This document shows, in pieces, positions 56,313 through 64,000 of a stretch of 64,000 nt of DNA. Position numbers and translations under genes: made by a program. Location: assembly GCA_963677485.1 (NCBI GenBank), contig OY781964.1, positions 5,056,001-5,120,000 of the forward strand, read 5' to 3'. Origin of the DNA: Armatimonadota bacterium. Its GTDB lineage: Bacteria; Armatimonadota; HRBIN16. The notes below the pieces were generated by a model, which was not told the origin of the DNA, did no database searches, and saw only the letters and a program-made list of their open reading frames with translations. The first letter of the stretch is position 1, and each line of letters begins with the position of its first letter.

Positions 56313-57479
56313 CTATCTGTCGATCTTGGTTTTCCATATGGCCTTGCGTATCGCCGTTACCGCATCACTTGCTAAAAGGATCGGGGACTTACTGTTTAGC
56401 GCCTCATCTTCAGGAGTAAACACTAAGACTTTGCGTTCTGCAATGTATACACTTTTCTTGTCTGTGCCCACCACCACATCCTGCACCCGGGTATTATCTG
56501 TCAGGCTCATATCCATGGCATCTTGTGCCTTCTTCACTCGGTCTGTGCCAGGTTCGCCTTCTCTGTCGGCCAGTTTTGCTACAGGAGCACCGTCAATCAA
56601 AAGAGTACTTACTTTGCGACCAGCGACATCATCCTCTTTTACCGTGACACCAAGCACAGTGGCAACATCCCTTCGATTAACCGGGATATTGTTCTTCTCA
56701 AACAGGACCAGCATCTTGCGAGCTCGTTCCTGCGATGGCGGGTGAGTTTCCATGATACCCCAGTTCACACTGGGCCTCCGCATCTCATCGCTGGCCAACC
56801 TGCTCATAAAGCTGTAAAGACCGACAGGATTATACCCTGACTTCATCATATAGTAGACCGCCGCATTATCAGCATCGACTTCAGCCTCAACGCTATATTT
56901 GCTCTCTATTGAAGTTTCATAAGCATTGACACCAGTGAGCAGGCCACGAGCAGCATCCACATTTTTACTCATCATGGCGGCGGCCGCTAACACCTGCACC
57001 AAACCGGATATACCACGGGTTTCGTGGTTGATTTGGTTCATGATGTATACCCTGTGATGGTGGGCGGCATGGCCAAGTTCGTGAGCCATGACACCAGCAA
57101 GTTCATGGTCAGACTGGCACGCCGCAATCAGCCCTTTGTTGACGTAGATAAATCCACCAGGCAGCGAAAATGCGTTAATGTCGGGGGAATCTACTACTTT
57201 GAAGGTATAGTTGAATTGGCTTAATCTATTGATGCCCCAGATAGCGGGAATGTTGATGGAGTTGACAACCACAGCCAGTTTAGCCCCAATGCGATTGACC
57301 CGGTCTACTTCTTCGCCCGATTTAATGAGCTTCAGGTCCTTGTCAATCTGCACAGACGCATCCTGACCCAGCTTGATCTCATTCGTATCTTCTTTGGCCG
57401 GATCCAACGCAGCGAATGAGACTGACGTCAGGCTGACTGTGATCAGCATGTATATCGAAAGTAGTCTGAGTAACTTCAT
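56313..57479 (-). CDS. Secreted M48-family zinc metallopeptidase
   Basis: Signal peptide; INAFSLPGG, HELGH, EVDAD and THPP..ER motifs. Confidence 0.9.
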   Translation of the reverse strand: MKLLRLLSIYMLITVSLTSVSFAALDPAKEDTNEIKLGQDASVQIDKDLKLIKSGEEVDRVNRIGAKLAVVVNSINIPAIWGINRLSQFNYTFKVVDSPDINAFSLPGGFIYVNKGLIAACQSDHELAGVMAHELGHAAHHHRVYIMNQINHETRGISGLVQVLAAAAMMSKNVDAARGLLTGVNAYETSIESKYSVEAEVDADNAAVYYMMKSGYNPVGLYSFMSRLASDEMRRPSVNWGIMETHPPSQERARKMLVLFEKNNIPVNRRDVATVLGVTVKEDDVAGRKVSTLLIDGAPVAKLADREGEPGTDRVKKAQDAMDMSLTDNTRVQDVVVGTDKKSVYIAERKVLVFTPEDEALNSKSPILLASDAVTAIRKAIWKTKIDR

Positions 57480-57547
57480 GTTTATGTACCTATTAATCAG
57501 ACTACCAAACAGCCCGCACCGTTACCAGTACAGGAGGCTCACCGCAG

Positions 57548-58189
57548 CTATATCTGACGATCAAGGCTTCGGATCAGCCCAACTACCTTACCGATGATTG
57601 TCGCCTCTTCTATCGGCACTTCCTGAACACTGTATCGCTCGTTAGCCGGGATCAGCCTGAGCACGCCTTCACCCAGTTTCACGCGTTTAATCGTGGCCTC
57701 ATCATTTACCAACACTGCGGCAATATCATTTTCCGACACTGTTGACTGAGTTCGAATCACCACATAGTCATTGGGCATGATATGGGCATCAATCATGCTA
57801 TCGCCTTGAACCCGTAAGATAAATGGGTTGTCGATATTACGAACCATCTCTATAGGAAGCGGGATATATGATTCAATATTCTGTGAAGCGTATATGGGAG
57901 CACCGGCGGCGATCTCACCCACTAATGGCACTAAAGCAACCGTATCATTGATATCTTGAAGATCCTGGAAATCGGGATGGATGACCTTGATGCTGCGGCT
58001 TTTGTGCTCACGCTCAATGTAGCCTTTGCGTTGCAATGCATCAAGATGGACAGTGACCCCTCGCAGACTAGAAATGTCGAAGGCATCGCCAATTTCACGG
58101 ATTGTGGGCGGATAGCCGTTTTCGCGAACTTTCTTCACTATGTAGCGTAGAATGCTTTCCTGTTTGTCGGTCAGTCCACGTGTCATCAT
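57548..58189 (-). CDS. lexA: SOS repressor LexA
   Basis: LTDKQ...GYPPTIREI HTH, IAAG cleavage site, GDSM serine and ATIKR lysine; start 58189 or 58186 behind GAGAGG. Confidence 0.95.
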   Translation of the reverse strand: MMTRGLTDKQESILRYIVKKVRENGYPPTIREIGDAFDISSLRGVTVHLDALQRKGYIEREHKSRSIKVIHPDFQDLQDINDTVALVPLVGEIAAGAPIYASQNIESYIPLPIEMVRNIDNPFILRVQGDSMIDAHIMPNDYVVIRTQSTVSENDIAAVLVNDEATIKRVKLGEGVLRLIPANERYSVQEVPIEEATIIGKVVGLIRSLDRQI

Positions 58190-58217
58190 ACGACCTCTCA
58201 TGTCTGTTGATATTACG

Positions 58218-58261
58218 ATTATACACCAATATAGTTCTACATTACAACACTTATTTAGTGT
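58218..58261 (-). promoter_or_regulatory. lexA sigma70-type promoter with two palindromic candidate operators
   Basis: Minus strand TTGTAA-N18-TATAAT; ACACT-TATTT-AGTGT at 58247-58261 and ACACC-AATAT-AGTTC at 58223-58237. Confidence 0.6.
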
Positions 58262-58280
58262 GAAGATGTATACATTTTTG

Positions 58281-58325
58281 GGAAGGAGACGGGAGTCAGG
58301 AGTCAGGAGGCAGGAGAGGAGGAGA
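58281..58325. repeat. Degenerate purine-rich heptamer tandem repeat (GGAGTCA/GGAGGCA)
   Basis: ggagacg ggagtca ggagtca ggaggca ggagagg. Confidence 0.75.
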
Positions 58326-58373
58326 ATCAGCGCTTTTGAGTTCAAGGCAGCCCGCATTGTTATTGATACGGTC

Positions 58374-58456
58374 GTAGGGGCGCCCCTTGTGGGCGCCCTA
58401 ATCGTTGCTCATTCGATAGTTCTGGTTTTTATGGCGCCCACAAGGGACGCCCCTAC
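58374..58456. repeat. GTAG-family REP doublet (REPIN-like)
   Basis: GTAGGGGCGCCCCTTGTGGGCGCC (58374-58397) and an inverted copy GGCGCCCACAAGGGACGCCCCTAC (58433-58456) with one mismatch. Confidence 0.8.
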
Positions 58457-58594
58457 GGCCAGTTGCTTATAAGGAGGCAAGGAGGAGAGAGACGCCATGA
58501 TTTATTGGGTATCCGTATTTTATGAATACTGGCCTCTGCTATCGTTGCCATTAAGTATATTTCGTAAACCAACCCCCTCCTGACTCCATCTTGA

Positions 58595-59317
58595 CTATCT
58601 CCTCCCGCCCGTCTCCTGCCCATAATATGCCCCTGCCCCATGTTTCCGGTAATAGTGCTTATCGAGTAGCATCTGCGGTACCGGCTCGCATTCCGTGCTC
58701 GCTAATCTGGCGATTTGTGTATTGATCGCCATGGCACAAACCTCTTCCAGCGTCACGGCGCTGTCAACACATTTCTTCACAGTTTCTCCCCAGGTGAATG
58801 GTCCGTGCTGGCTAACGAGTACTGCGGGTACAGCCAGTGGATCTATGCTGCGGTTTTGGAACGTCTCGACAATCACAATCCCGGTGTTTTTCTCATATTC
58901 GTTCTCAATCTCAACCTGCTGTAGTGGACGGGCACAGGGAACTGAGCCATAATACGTATCGGCATGTGTGGTGCCAAGGCAAGGAACATCATGTCCACTC
59001 TGCGCCCAGGCGGTCGCATATCGGCTGTGAGTATGTGCGATACTACCCACACCACTAAAAGCATGATAGAGAACGAGATGGGTCGGCATATCGGACGATG
59101 GTTTCAGTTTCCCCTCAACCACTACCCCATCCATGTCGACGATCACCATATCGGCTGGCCTCATACTGTCGTAATCCATCCCGCTGGGCTTGATAGCAAA
59201 TATCCCCTGCTCTCGATCTATGCCACTGACATTTCCCCATGTCAATATCACCAGACCATGTTTGACCAGATTTATATTCGCTTCGTATACACTCTCTTGT
59301 AGTTGTTTGATCTGCAC
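58595..59317 (-). CDS. araD: L-ribulose-5-phosphate 4-epimerase
   Basis: TWGNVS, IKPSG, PSSDMPTH, HTHS, GTTHAD, HGPF and KHYYRKHGAGAYYGQ motifs. Confidence 0.95.
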   Translation of the reverse strand: MQIKQLQESVYEANINLVKHGLVILTWGNVSGIDREQGIFAIKPSGMDYDSMRPADMVIVDMDGVVVEGKLKPSSDMPTHLVLYHAFSGVGSIAHTHSRYATAWAQSGHDVPCLGTTHADTYYGSVPCARPLQQVEIENEYEKNTGIVIVETFQNRSIDPLAVPAVLVSQHGPFTWGETVKKCVDSAVTLEEVCAMAINTQIARLASTECEPVPQMLLDKHYYRKHGAGAYYGQETGGRR

Positions 59318-59417
59318 GACTGTCTCCTATTCGTATATTGTGCGCTAGAAATGCTTGGTAACTAGTATAATATAATGAAAAGCAAGGACACTTCACGGAC
59401 TATAAGGATGGATACAC

Positions 59418-60350
59418 ATGAACCGACTATCCCAGCTATTTTTATTTTTAGTCATCGCCTCTGCACTGACGGGATGCAAACCGCCGAGTTCACCATCTAG
59501 CAGCTCTAGCCACAAAATCCTGGTTACAGCCTCATTTTACCCCGTTGCTGACATTGTCAGGCAAGTCGGCGGTGATAAGGTTGAAGTATCCACGCTTCTA
59601 CCGCAAGGGGCTGACATACACCATTTTAGCCCAACAATGGCACAGATCAAACAGCTGAACAAGTCCCATTTAGTGGTCAGAATGATGACTGGAGTGGATC
59701 CATTTGTTGACACCATCATGAAATCCGTGGACAACAAGAACGTAAAACTAGCCTCCATCGGCGATGGCTGCAGACAGTTATATTATCACAACGGAGCCGA
59801 CGTCAAGAATAACTCTTCTAGTCGCCCCATCGACACAACTCTCGACCCTCACATGTGGTTATCACTATCGAACCTTGAAGCTATGGTTATCAGCACCAGC
59901 CGCGCACTCAGGATACAAAGTCCTGAAGATAGTAAATACTTTGAAAATAGATGCTATCTGTTGATGGCGAAGCTTCGAAACATGGGCAAGCAAGCACAAC
60001 TCGACCGTGCCAAGTGGAAACACCCAAACTACATCGCCGTTCATTCGGCATTCAGGTATCTCAATGACGAGCTCGGGCTCCATCAAGTCGGTGTCTTCGA
60101 GCCGAAACCTGGTTTGCAATCTTCCGCTCGCGATCTGCGGAACCTCATTGACAAGGCGAAGAATACCACCGTAAAGTGCGTATTTATCGCTTCAGAAGAA
60201 CAGAACAAACTGGCGTCAACGGTGGCGGAGGACTTGGGGCTTCCGGTGTACACGCTGGATGTCTGCACCCAGCCAATGTCAGATAATGACCCAGGCATCG
60301 TTGCCCGTATGCAAGCAAATCTTGACGTCATTCGCAAGGCCATGGAATGA
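59418..60350 (+). CDS. znuA: Zn/Mn ABC transporter substrate-binding lipoprotein
   Basis: Lipobox LTGC; D.HHF.P, DPHMWLS and HSAFRYL motifs. Confidence 0.85.
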   Translation: MNRLSQLFLFLVIASALTGCKPPSSPSSSSSHKILVTASFYPVADIVRQVGGDKVEVSTLLPQGADIHHFSPTMAQIKQLNKSHLVVRMMTGVDPFVDTIMKSVDNKNVKLASIGDGCRQLYYHNGADVKNNSSSRPIDTTLDPHMWLSLSNLEAMVISTSRALRIQSPEDSKYFENRCYLLMAKLRNMGKQAQLDRAKWKHPNYIAVHSAFRYLNDELGLHQVGVFEPKPGLQSSARDLRNLIDKAKNTTVKCVFIASEEQNKLASTVAEDLGLPVYTLDVCTQPMSDNDPGIVARMQANLDVIRKAME

Positions 60351-61075
60351 ACGAACCAGCTATATCGTTAAGTGGTGTGTCTGTGCAGCTTCAGGATCAC
60401 TTGATAGTATCTGATGTCAATTTTGAAACTCAAGAAGGCCAGGCAATCGCCATCATCGGTCCAAATGGTGCAGGCAAGACCACACTAGTCAAAGCCATGC
60501 TGGGTCTCATTCCATCGCAAGGCAGCATCATCATTAACGGTGATGTGGTCAAGATGGGTTCTCCGCCATCCAGCGTGGCTTATGTGCCCCAAAAACTAGA
60601 GTTCGACCGCAGCGTACCGCTTGCGGTGAAGGAGTTGTTCCAGGCTTTTGTACCTCGGCATACGGCTGATGAGATGCGGGAAGCCCTCGAGCGTCTCGGC
60701 GTGGGATCGCTGCATCGTTCTATGGTGTCTCGCCTGTCGGGCGGGCAACTTCAGAGAGTAGTCATCGCGATGAACCTCATGCTAAAGCCCAAGGTGCTGT
60801 TCCTTGATGAGCCAAGCACAGGCATTGATGCGGAAGGCGAGACCCATCTGTATAAACTGCTGCGCGAGCTTTGCAGCCAGCATAAAACCAGTGTAGTGAT
60901 GGTGTCACATGACCTTAGTGTGGTGAGCAAATACATGGACCATGTGGTCTGCATCAACAAGAAGATGCTGTGCTGTGCCCATCCCGAGCATGCCCTGTCA
61001 GACACGAACCTTCAAGAGCTGTTTGGCCACGATTCCGTTCGGTACCATCACGCGCAACACGAAGATCACATATGA
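60347..61075 (+). CDS. znuC: Zn/Mn ABC transporter ATP-binding protein
   Basis: GPNGAGKTT, YVPQK, LSGGQLQR, LDEP and SHDL motifs; His-rich tail. Confidence 0.88.
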   Translation: MNEPAISLSGVSVQLQDHLIVSDVNFETQEGQAIAIIGPNGAGKTTLVKAMLGLIPSQGSIIINGDVVKMGSPPSSVAYVPQKLEFDRSVPLAVKELFQAFVPRHTADEMREALERLGVGSLHRSMVSRLSGGQLQRVVIAMNLMLKPKVLFLDEPSTGIDAEGETHLYKLLRELCSQHKTSVVMVSHDLSVVSKYMDHVVCINKKMLCCAHPEHALSDTNLQELFGHDSVRYHHAQHEDHI

Positions 61076-61881
61076 TAGAAGCATATATCAAAGAAGCCTT
61101 TAGTTACGTGTTTTTCGTAAGGGCCCTTATCGCGGCGATGATATTGGGTGCTTGCTTGCCGTTGCTGGGCGTCTTCATCGTATCACGCCGGTTGTCATTC
61201 TATTCTGAGGCGGTCGCACACTCTGCATATACCGGTCTCGCAGTGGCTGCACTGTTGGCTACCCCTATACTTCCCACGGTCGTTGCGGTAGCCATTATTA
61301 CGGCACTAAGCATCTCTGTCACGTTGAAGCATACCGAGCTGCCGTCGGACACCGTCATCGGCGTATTTCTGGCCATATCAGCCGCGCTGGGTATCATGAT
61401 TCTGGGATGGAAGCAAGGGTATAATCCCTCACTTTTTCAGTACCTATTCGGTGATATCCTGGCCATAAACAGGCATGATGTGCTGACTATTGCCGCCCTG
61501 GGAGCCATCATCATCGTGACGATGATGATTCTGTGGAAACCGCTAGTGAGAATCACCATTCATCGTGAGATGGCCTTGGTCTCAGGTACAAAAGTCGATT
61601 TCGTGGACTCCCTGTTTCTGGTGCTTGTGGCGGTGGTTGTGACGCTAAGTCTGAAGCTGATTGGTATCGTGCTGGTGACTGCCATGTTTTTATTGCCTAC
61701 AGCGGCTGCCCGAAACATGTCCAAAAGCCTGCACACCATGGCCATACTGGCTGTCGGCATCGGGCTATTTAGCGGAATTACGGGAATGTTCATCAGCTTT
61801 TTCGCAGAGACCGCGAGCGGCTCATGCATAGTCATGACCAGTGCAGCCGTATTCATCGCGTCGTTGTTCTGCCGTCGGTAG
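61072..61881 (+). CDS. znuB: Zn/Mn ABC transporter permease
   Basis: RRLSFYSEAVAH, YLFGDILA and LPTAAAR motifs; ATG 61072 overlaps the znuC stop. Confidence 0.88.
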   Translation: MIEAYIKEAFSYVFFVRALIAAMILGACLPLLGVFIVSRRLSFYSEAVAHSAYTGLAVAALLATPILPTVVAVAIITALSISVTLKHTELPSDTVIGVFLAISAALGIMILGWKQGYNPSLFQYLFGDILAINRHDVLTIAALGAIIIVTMMILWKPLVRITIHREMALVSGTKVDFVDSLFLVLVAVVVTLSLKLIGIVLVTAMFLLPTAAARNMSKSLHTMAILAVGIGLFSGITGMFISFFAETASGSCIVMTSAAVFIASLFCRR

Positions 61882-61926
61882 ATAGACCGCCACAGATTGT
61901 TAAATCATAGGATTTCGCAGGGCACC

Positions 61927-61955
61927 TTGACGGAAACATGATGCTCGGTTATAAT
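61927..61955 (+). promoter_or_regulatory. Sigma70-type promoter of tRNA-Leu
   Basis: TTGACG-N17-TATAAT, 11 nt upstream of the tRNA. Confidence 0.8.
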
Positions 61956-61966
61956 ATTTGAGTTAG

Positions 61967-62051
61967 GCCGAAGTGGCGGAATCGGTAGACGCGCGCGACT
62001 CAAAATCGTGTGCCTTCGGGCTTGAGGGTTCGAGTCCCTCCTTCGGCACCA
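61967..62051 (+). tRNA. tRNA-Leu (CAA)
   Basis: GCCGAAG/CTTCGGC acceptor stem, CT-CAA-AA loop, long variable arm, GGTTCGAG T-loop, encoded CCA. Confidence 0.97.
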
Positions 62052-62144
62052 CCCCCCACACCATACTCATTTTGCTGCGGTTTTGTTCGCCATAAATCGG
62101 GTATATTCAGTAATGTAGATCACTATTCTATGAGGTCATCATAT

Positions 62145-62558
62145 ATGGAGCGAACTTTCGTCATGGTCAAGCCTGATGGGATCCAAAAAGGTCTCGTCGG
62201 TGAATGTATCAAGAGGTTTGAGCAGCGAGGTTTAAAACTCGCAGGTTTAAAGATGTTGAAAGTCAGTCCTGAACTGGCCGCCAAGCATTATGCAGTTCAT
62301 GAAGGCAAAGATTTCTATGATGGCTTGATCAAGTTTATCCTCTCTGGCCCTGTGGTGGCCATGGTGCTTGAGGGGAATAACGTGATCCCACTAGTCAGGG
62401 CTATGATGGGTCCGTTGAACCCACTTAGTGCCGCAAGCGGTACCATTCGTGGCGACTACACCTGCGATACGCGCACAAATATCGTCCATGGATCTGACTC
62501 TCCAGAAGCTGCGGCTTTCGAAATCGCATTATGGTTTCAGCCCGGCGAGTTACTATAA
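62145..62558 (+). CDS. ndk: Nucleoside diphosphate kinase
   Basis: MERTFVMVKPDG, SGPVVAM, GTIRGD and NIVHGSDS motifs. Confidence 0.97.
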   Translation: MERTFVMVKPDGIQKGLVGECIKRFEQRGLKLAGLKMLKVSPELAAKHYAVHEGKDFYDGLIKFILSGPVVAMVLEGNNVIPLVRAMMGPLNPLSAASGTIRGDYTCDTRTNIVHGSDSPEAAAFEIALWFQPGELL

Positions 62559-62576
62559 ATGAAGCCACACGCTTAC

Positions 62577-62606
62577 TTGATTTATATCCTATCGGGATGC
62601 TATACT
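62577..62606 (+). promoter_or_regulatory. Putative glnA promoter
   Basis: TTGATT-N18-TATACT with a TGn extended -10. Confidence 0.55.
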
Positions 62607-62660
62607 AATCTTGATGGATATTTGGAGGCGCAGCCGCTTCCTATACAAACAGAAGAGAGG

Positions 62661-62712
62661 GACGTTCCTTTCATGGCTTAATCGGCCAGGAAACGGGCGT
62701 CTTTTCAATTTT
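62661..62712 (+). terminator. Terminator-like hairpin inside the putative glnA leader
   Basis: GACGTTCCTTTCATGGC-TTAATCG-GCCAGGAAACGGGCGTC (imperfect stem) followed by TTTTCAATTTTC. Confidence 0.55.
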
Positions 62713-62790
62713 CTTGGGTCGGCCCCTCTTCGCTTCACGGTGGAAGTAGCATGGCAGCCCACGAATGATGGAAACCAAAATAAGGAGACT

Positions 62791-64000
62791 ATGCGCATGA
62801 CTCCCACAAACGCCAAAGAGGCGATTGAATTTGCTCACCAGAACGAAGCTGTAATGGCTGACCTTCGATTTACTGACCTTTTCGGAACCTGGCAGCACTT
62901 TAGCTTCCCTGCTAAAGCTCTTGATGAGAGCCTTTTTGAGAATGGTGCCGGTTTTGATGGCAGCTCCATCCGAGGCTTCCAAGCTATCAACGAATCTGAC
63001 ATGCTTCTCATGCCAGATCCCACCACAGTGTTCATGGACCCCTTCTTCGAGCACCCAACCGCAGTGTTCATCTGCGATGTGCAAGACCCTCTCACCCGCG
63101 AATCCTACAGCCGCGACCCACGAAATGTCGCCAAGAAGGCTGAAGCATACCTCAAGTCCACAGGTTTAGCTGACACAGCTTACTTCGGACCAGAGGCGGA
63201 GTTCTTCATCTTCAACAACATCCAGTATGGTCAGGAAACCAACAGTGGTTTCTATAAGATCGACAGCGATGAAGGCGTATGGAACACCGGCCGTGATGAG
63301 TCACCGAACCTCGGCTACAAAGTGCGAACCAAGGGCGGGTATTTCCCCTGTCCCCCAACTGATAGCCTGCAAGACCTCCGCACAGAGATGGTTCTTCGCC
63401 TGACAGAACTCGGGATCACCACCGAGATGTCACACCACGAAGTCGCCAGTGGTGGTCAGTGCGAAATTGGTATGAAGTTTGACACCCTTCTATGCATGGC
63501 TGATATGCTGCAGAAGTTCAAATACACAGTGAAAAACACCGCTGTGCTGAATGGCTATACCGCCACTTTCATGCCTAAGCCACTCTTCGGAGACAACGGC
63601 TCAGGTATGCATTGCCACTGCTCATTCTGGAAAGACGGCACGAACACCTTCTACGATGAGAGAGGCTACGCCGGACTTTCTGAGAACGCCATCTATTTCA
63701 TCGGTGGTCTCCTGAAGCACGCAGCCAGTCTTCTGGCCTTCGGCGCACCCAGCACCAACTCCTACCGCCGTCTGGTTCCCGGTTACGAGGCCCCGATCAA
63801 CTTGATCTACAGCCAGCGAAACCGATCGGCCTGTATGCGCATCCCAATGTATAACACCTCGCCTAAGGCGAAGCGTGTGGAATTCCGCGCACCAGACCCC
63901 ACGGCCAACGGCTACCTGCTCTTCTCCGCCATTATGATGGCCGGCCTTGATGGAATTCAGAACAAGATCACTCCACCAGAGCCGATCGACAAAGACCTCT
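62791..64000 (+). CDS. glnA: Glutamine synthetase type I, partial (runs off the window end)
   Basis: Manual translation: [69 protein letters not shown] and EFRAPDP; AAGGAG RBS. Confidence 0.97.
   Translation, partial: MRMTPTNAKEAIEFAHQNEAVMADLRFTDLFGTWQHFSFPAKALDESLFENGAGFDGSSIRGFQAINESDMLLMPDPTTVFMDPFFEHPTAVFICDVQDPLTRESYSRDPRNVAKKAEAYLKSTGLADTAYFGPEAEFFIFNNIQYGQETNSGFYKIDSDEGVWNTGRDESPNLGYKVRTKGGYFPCPPTDSLQDLRTEMVLRLTELGITTEMSHHEVASGGQCEIGMKFDTLLCMADMLQKFKYTVKNTAVLNGYTATFMPKPLFGDNGSGMHCHCSFWKDGTNTFYDERGYAGLSENAIYFIGGLLKHAASLLAFGAPSTNSYRRLVPGYEAPINLIYSQRNRSACMRIPMYNTSPKAKRVEFRAPDPTANGYLLFSAIMMAGLDGIQNKITPPEPIDKDL

Noticed and set aside
58190-58357. N-terminal extension of LexA in the ORF track (likewise the extensions of MutS2, PhyH, GmhB, ZnuB and Ndk)
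   Set aside because: The extensions run through promoters, repeats, a tRNA or neighbouring genes; better downstream starts exist, most with an RBS or start/stop coupling.
58281-58460. CRISPR array
   Set aside because: Only two inverted copies plus short heptamers; no direct repeat-spacer periodicity and no cas genes.
59360-59400. Zur/Fur box upstream of znuA
   Set aside because: Only a half-site-like TAATGAAAA is present; no convincing palindrome.

Overview
Gene-dense bacterial chromosomal window of moderate GC, with no CRISPR array, rRNA, prophage or transposase visible. Kdo and heptose genes (kdsD, kdsC, gmhB) indicate a diderm; the overall gene style suggests Armatimonadota, which is an unverified inference. 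Most of the window is housekeeping or metabolic: kdsC/kdsD, PPi-dependent PFK, xylB, rodA, cysE/cysS, dusB, comEA, mutS2, aroQ, hisC, yebC, argB, lexA, araD, znuACB, ndk, a partial glnA, tRNA-Lys(UUU) and tRNA-Leu(CAA). The best candidate for an undescribed system is a 7-gene minus-strand operon at 35074-44807. It encodes a ~1530-aa fusion of a degenerate M28/PA peptidase-like domain with a MacB/FtsX permease, an OPT-like polytopic transporter, an orphan TatA, a tandem-domain hypothetical, a stand-alone PqqD/RRE protein, a minimal FtsX permease and a LolD/MacB-type ATPase. No RiPP-modifying enzyme or precursor peptide is visible. Other notable items: a candidate non-canonical LexA operator (ACACT-N5-AGTGT) in the lexA promoter; a structured, terminator-containing glnA leader; a corrinoid protein/DUF1638 pair next to an ANTAR two-component system; a GTAG-type REPIN within heptamer repeats; two paralogous unknown membrane proteins flanking nif3; and a beta-helix protein bracketed by a duplicated domain. 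All family assignments come from reading motifs by eye; no database searches were run.
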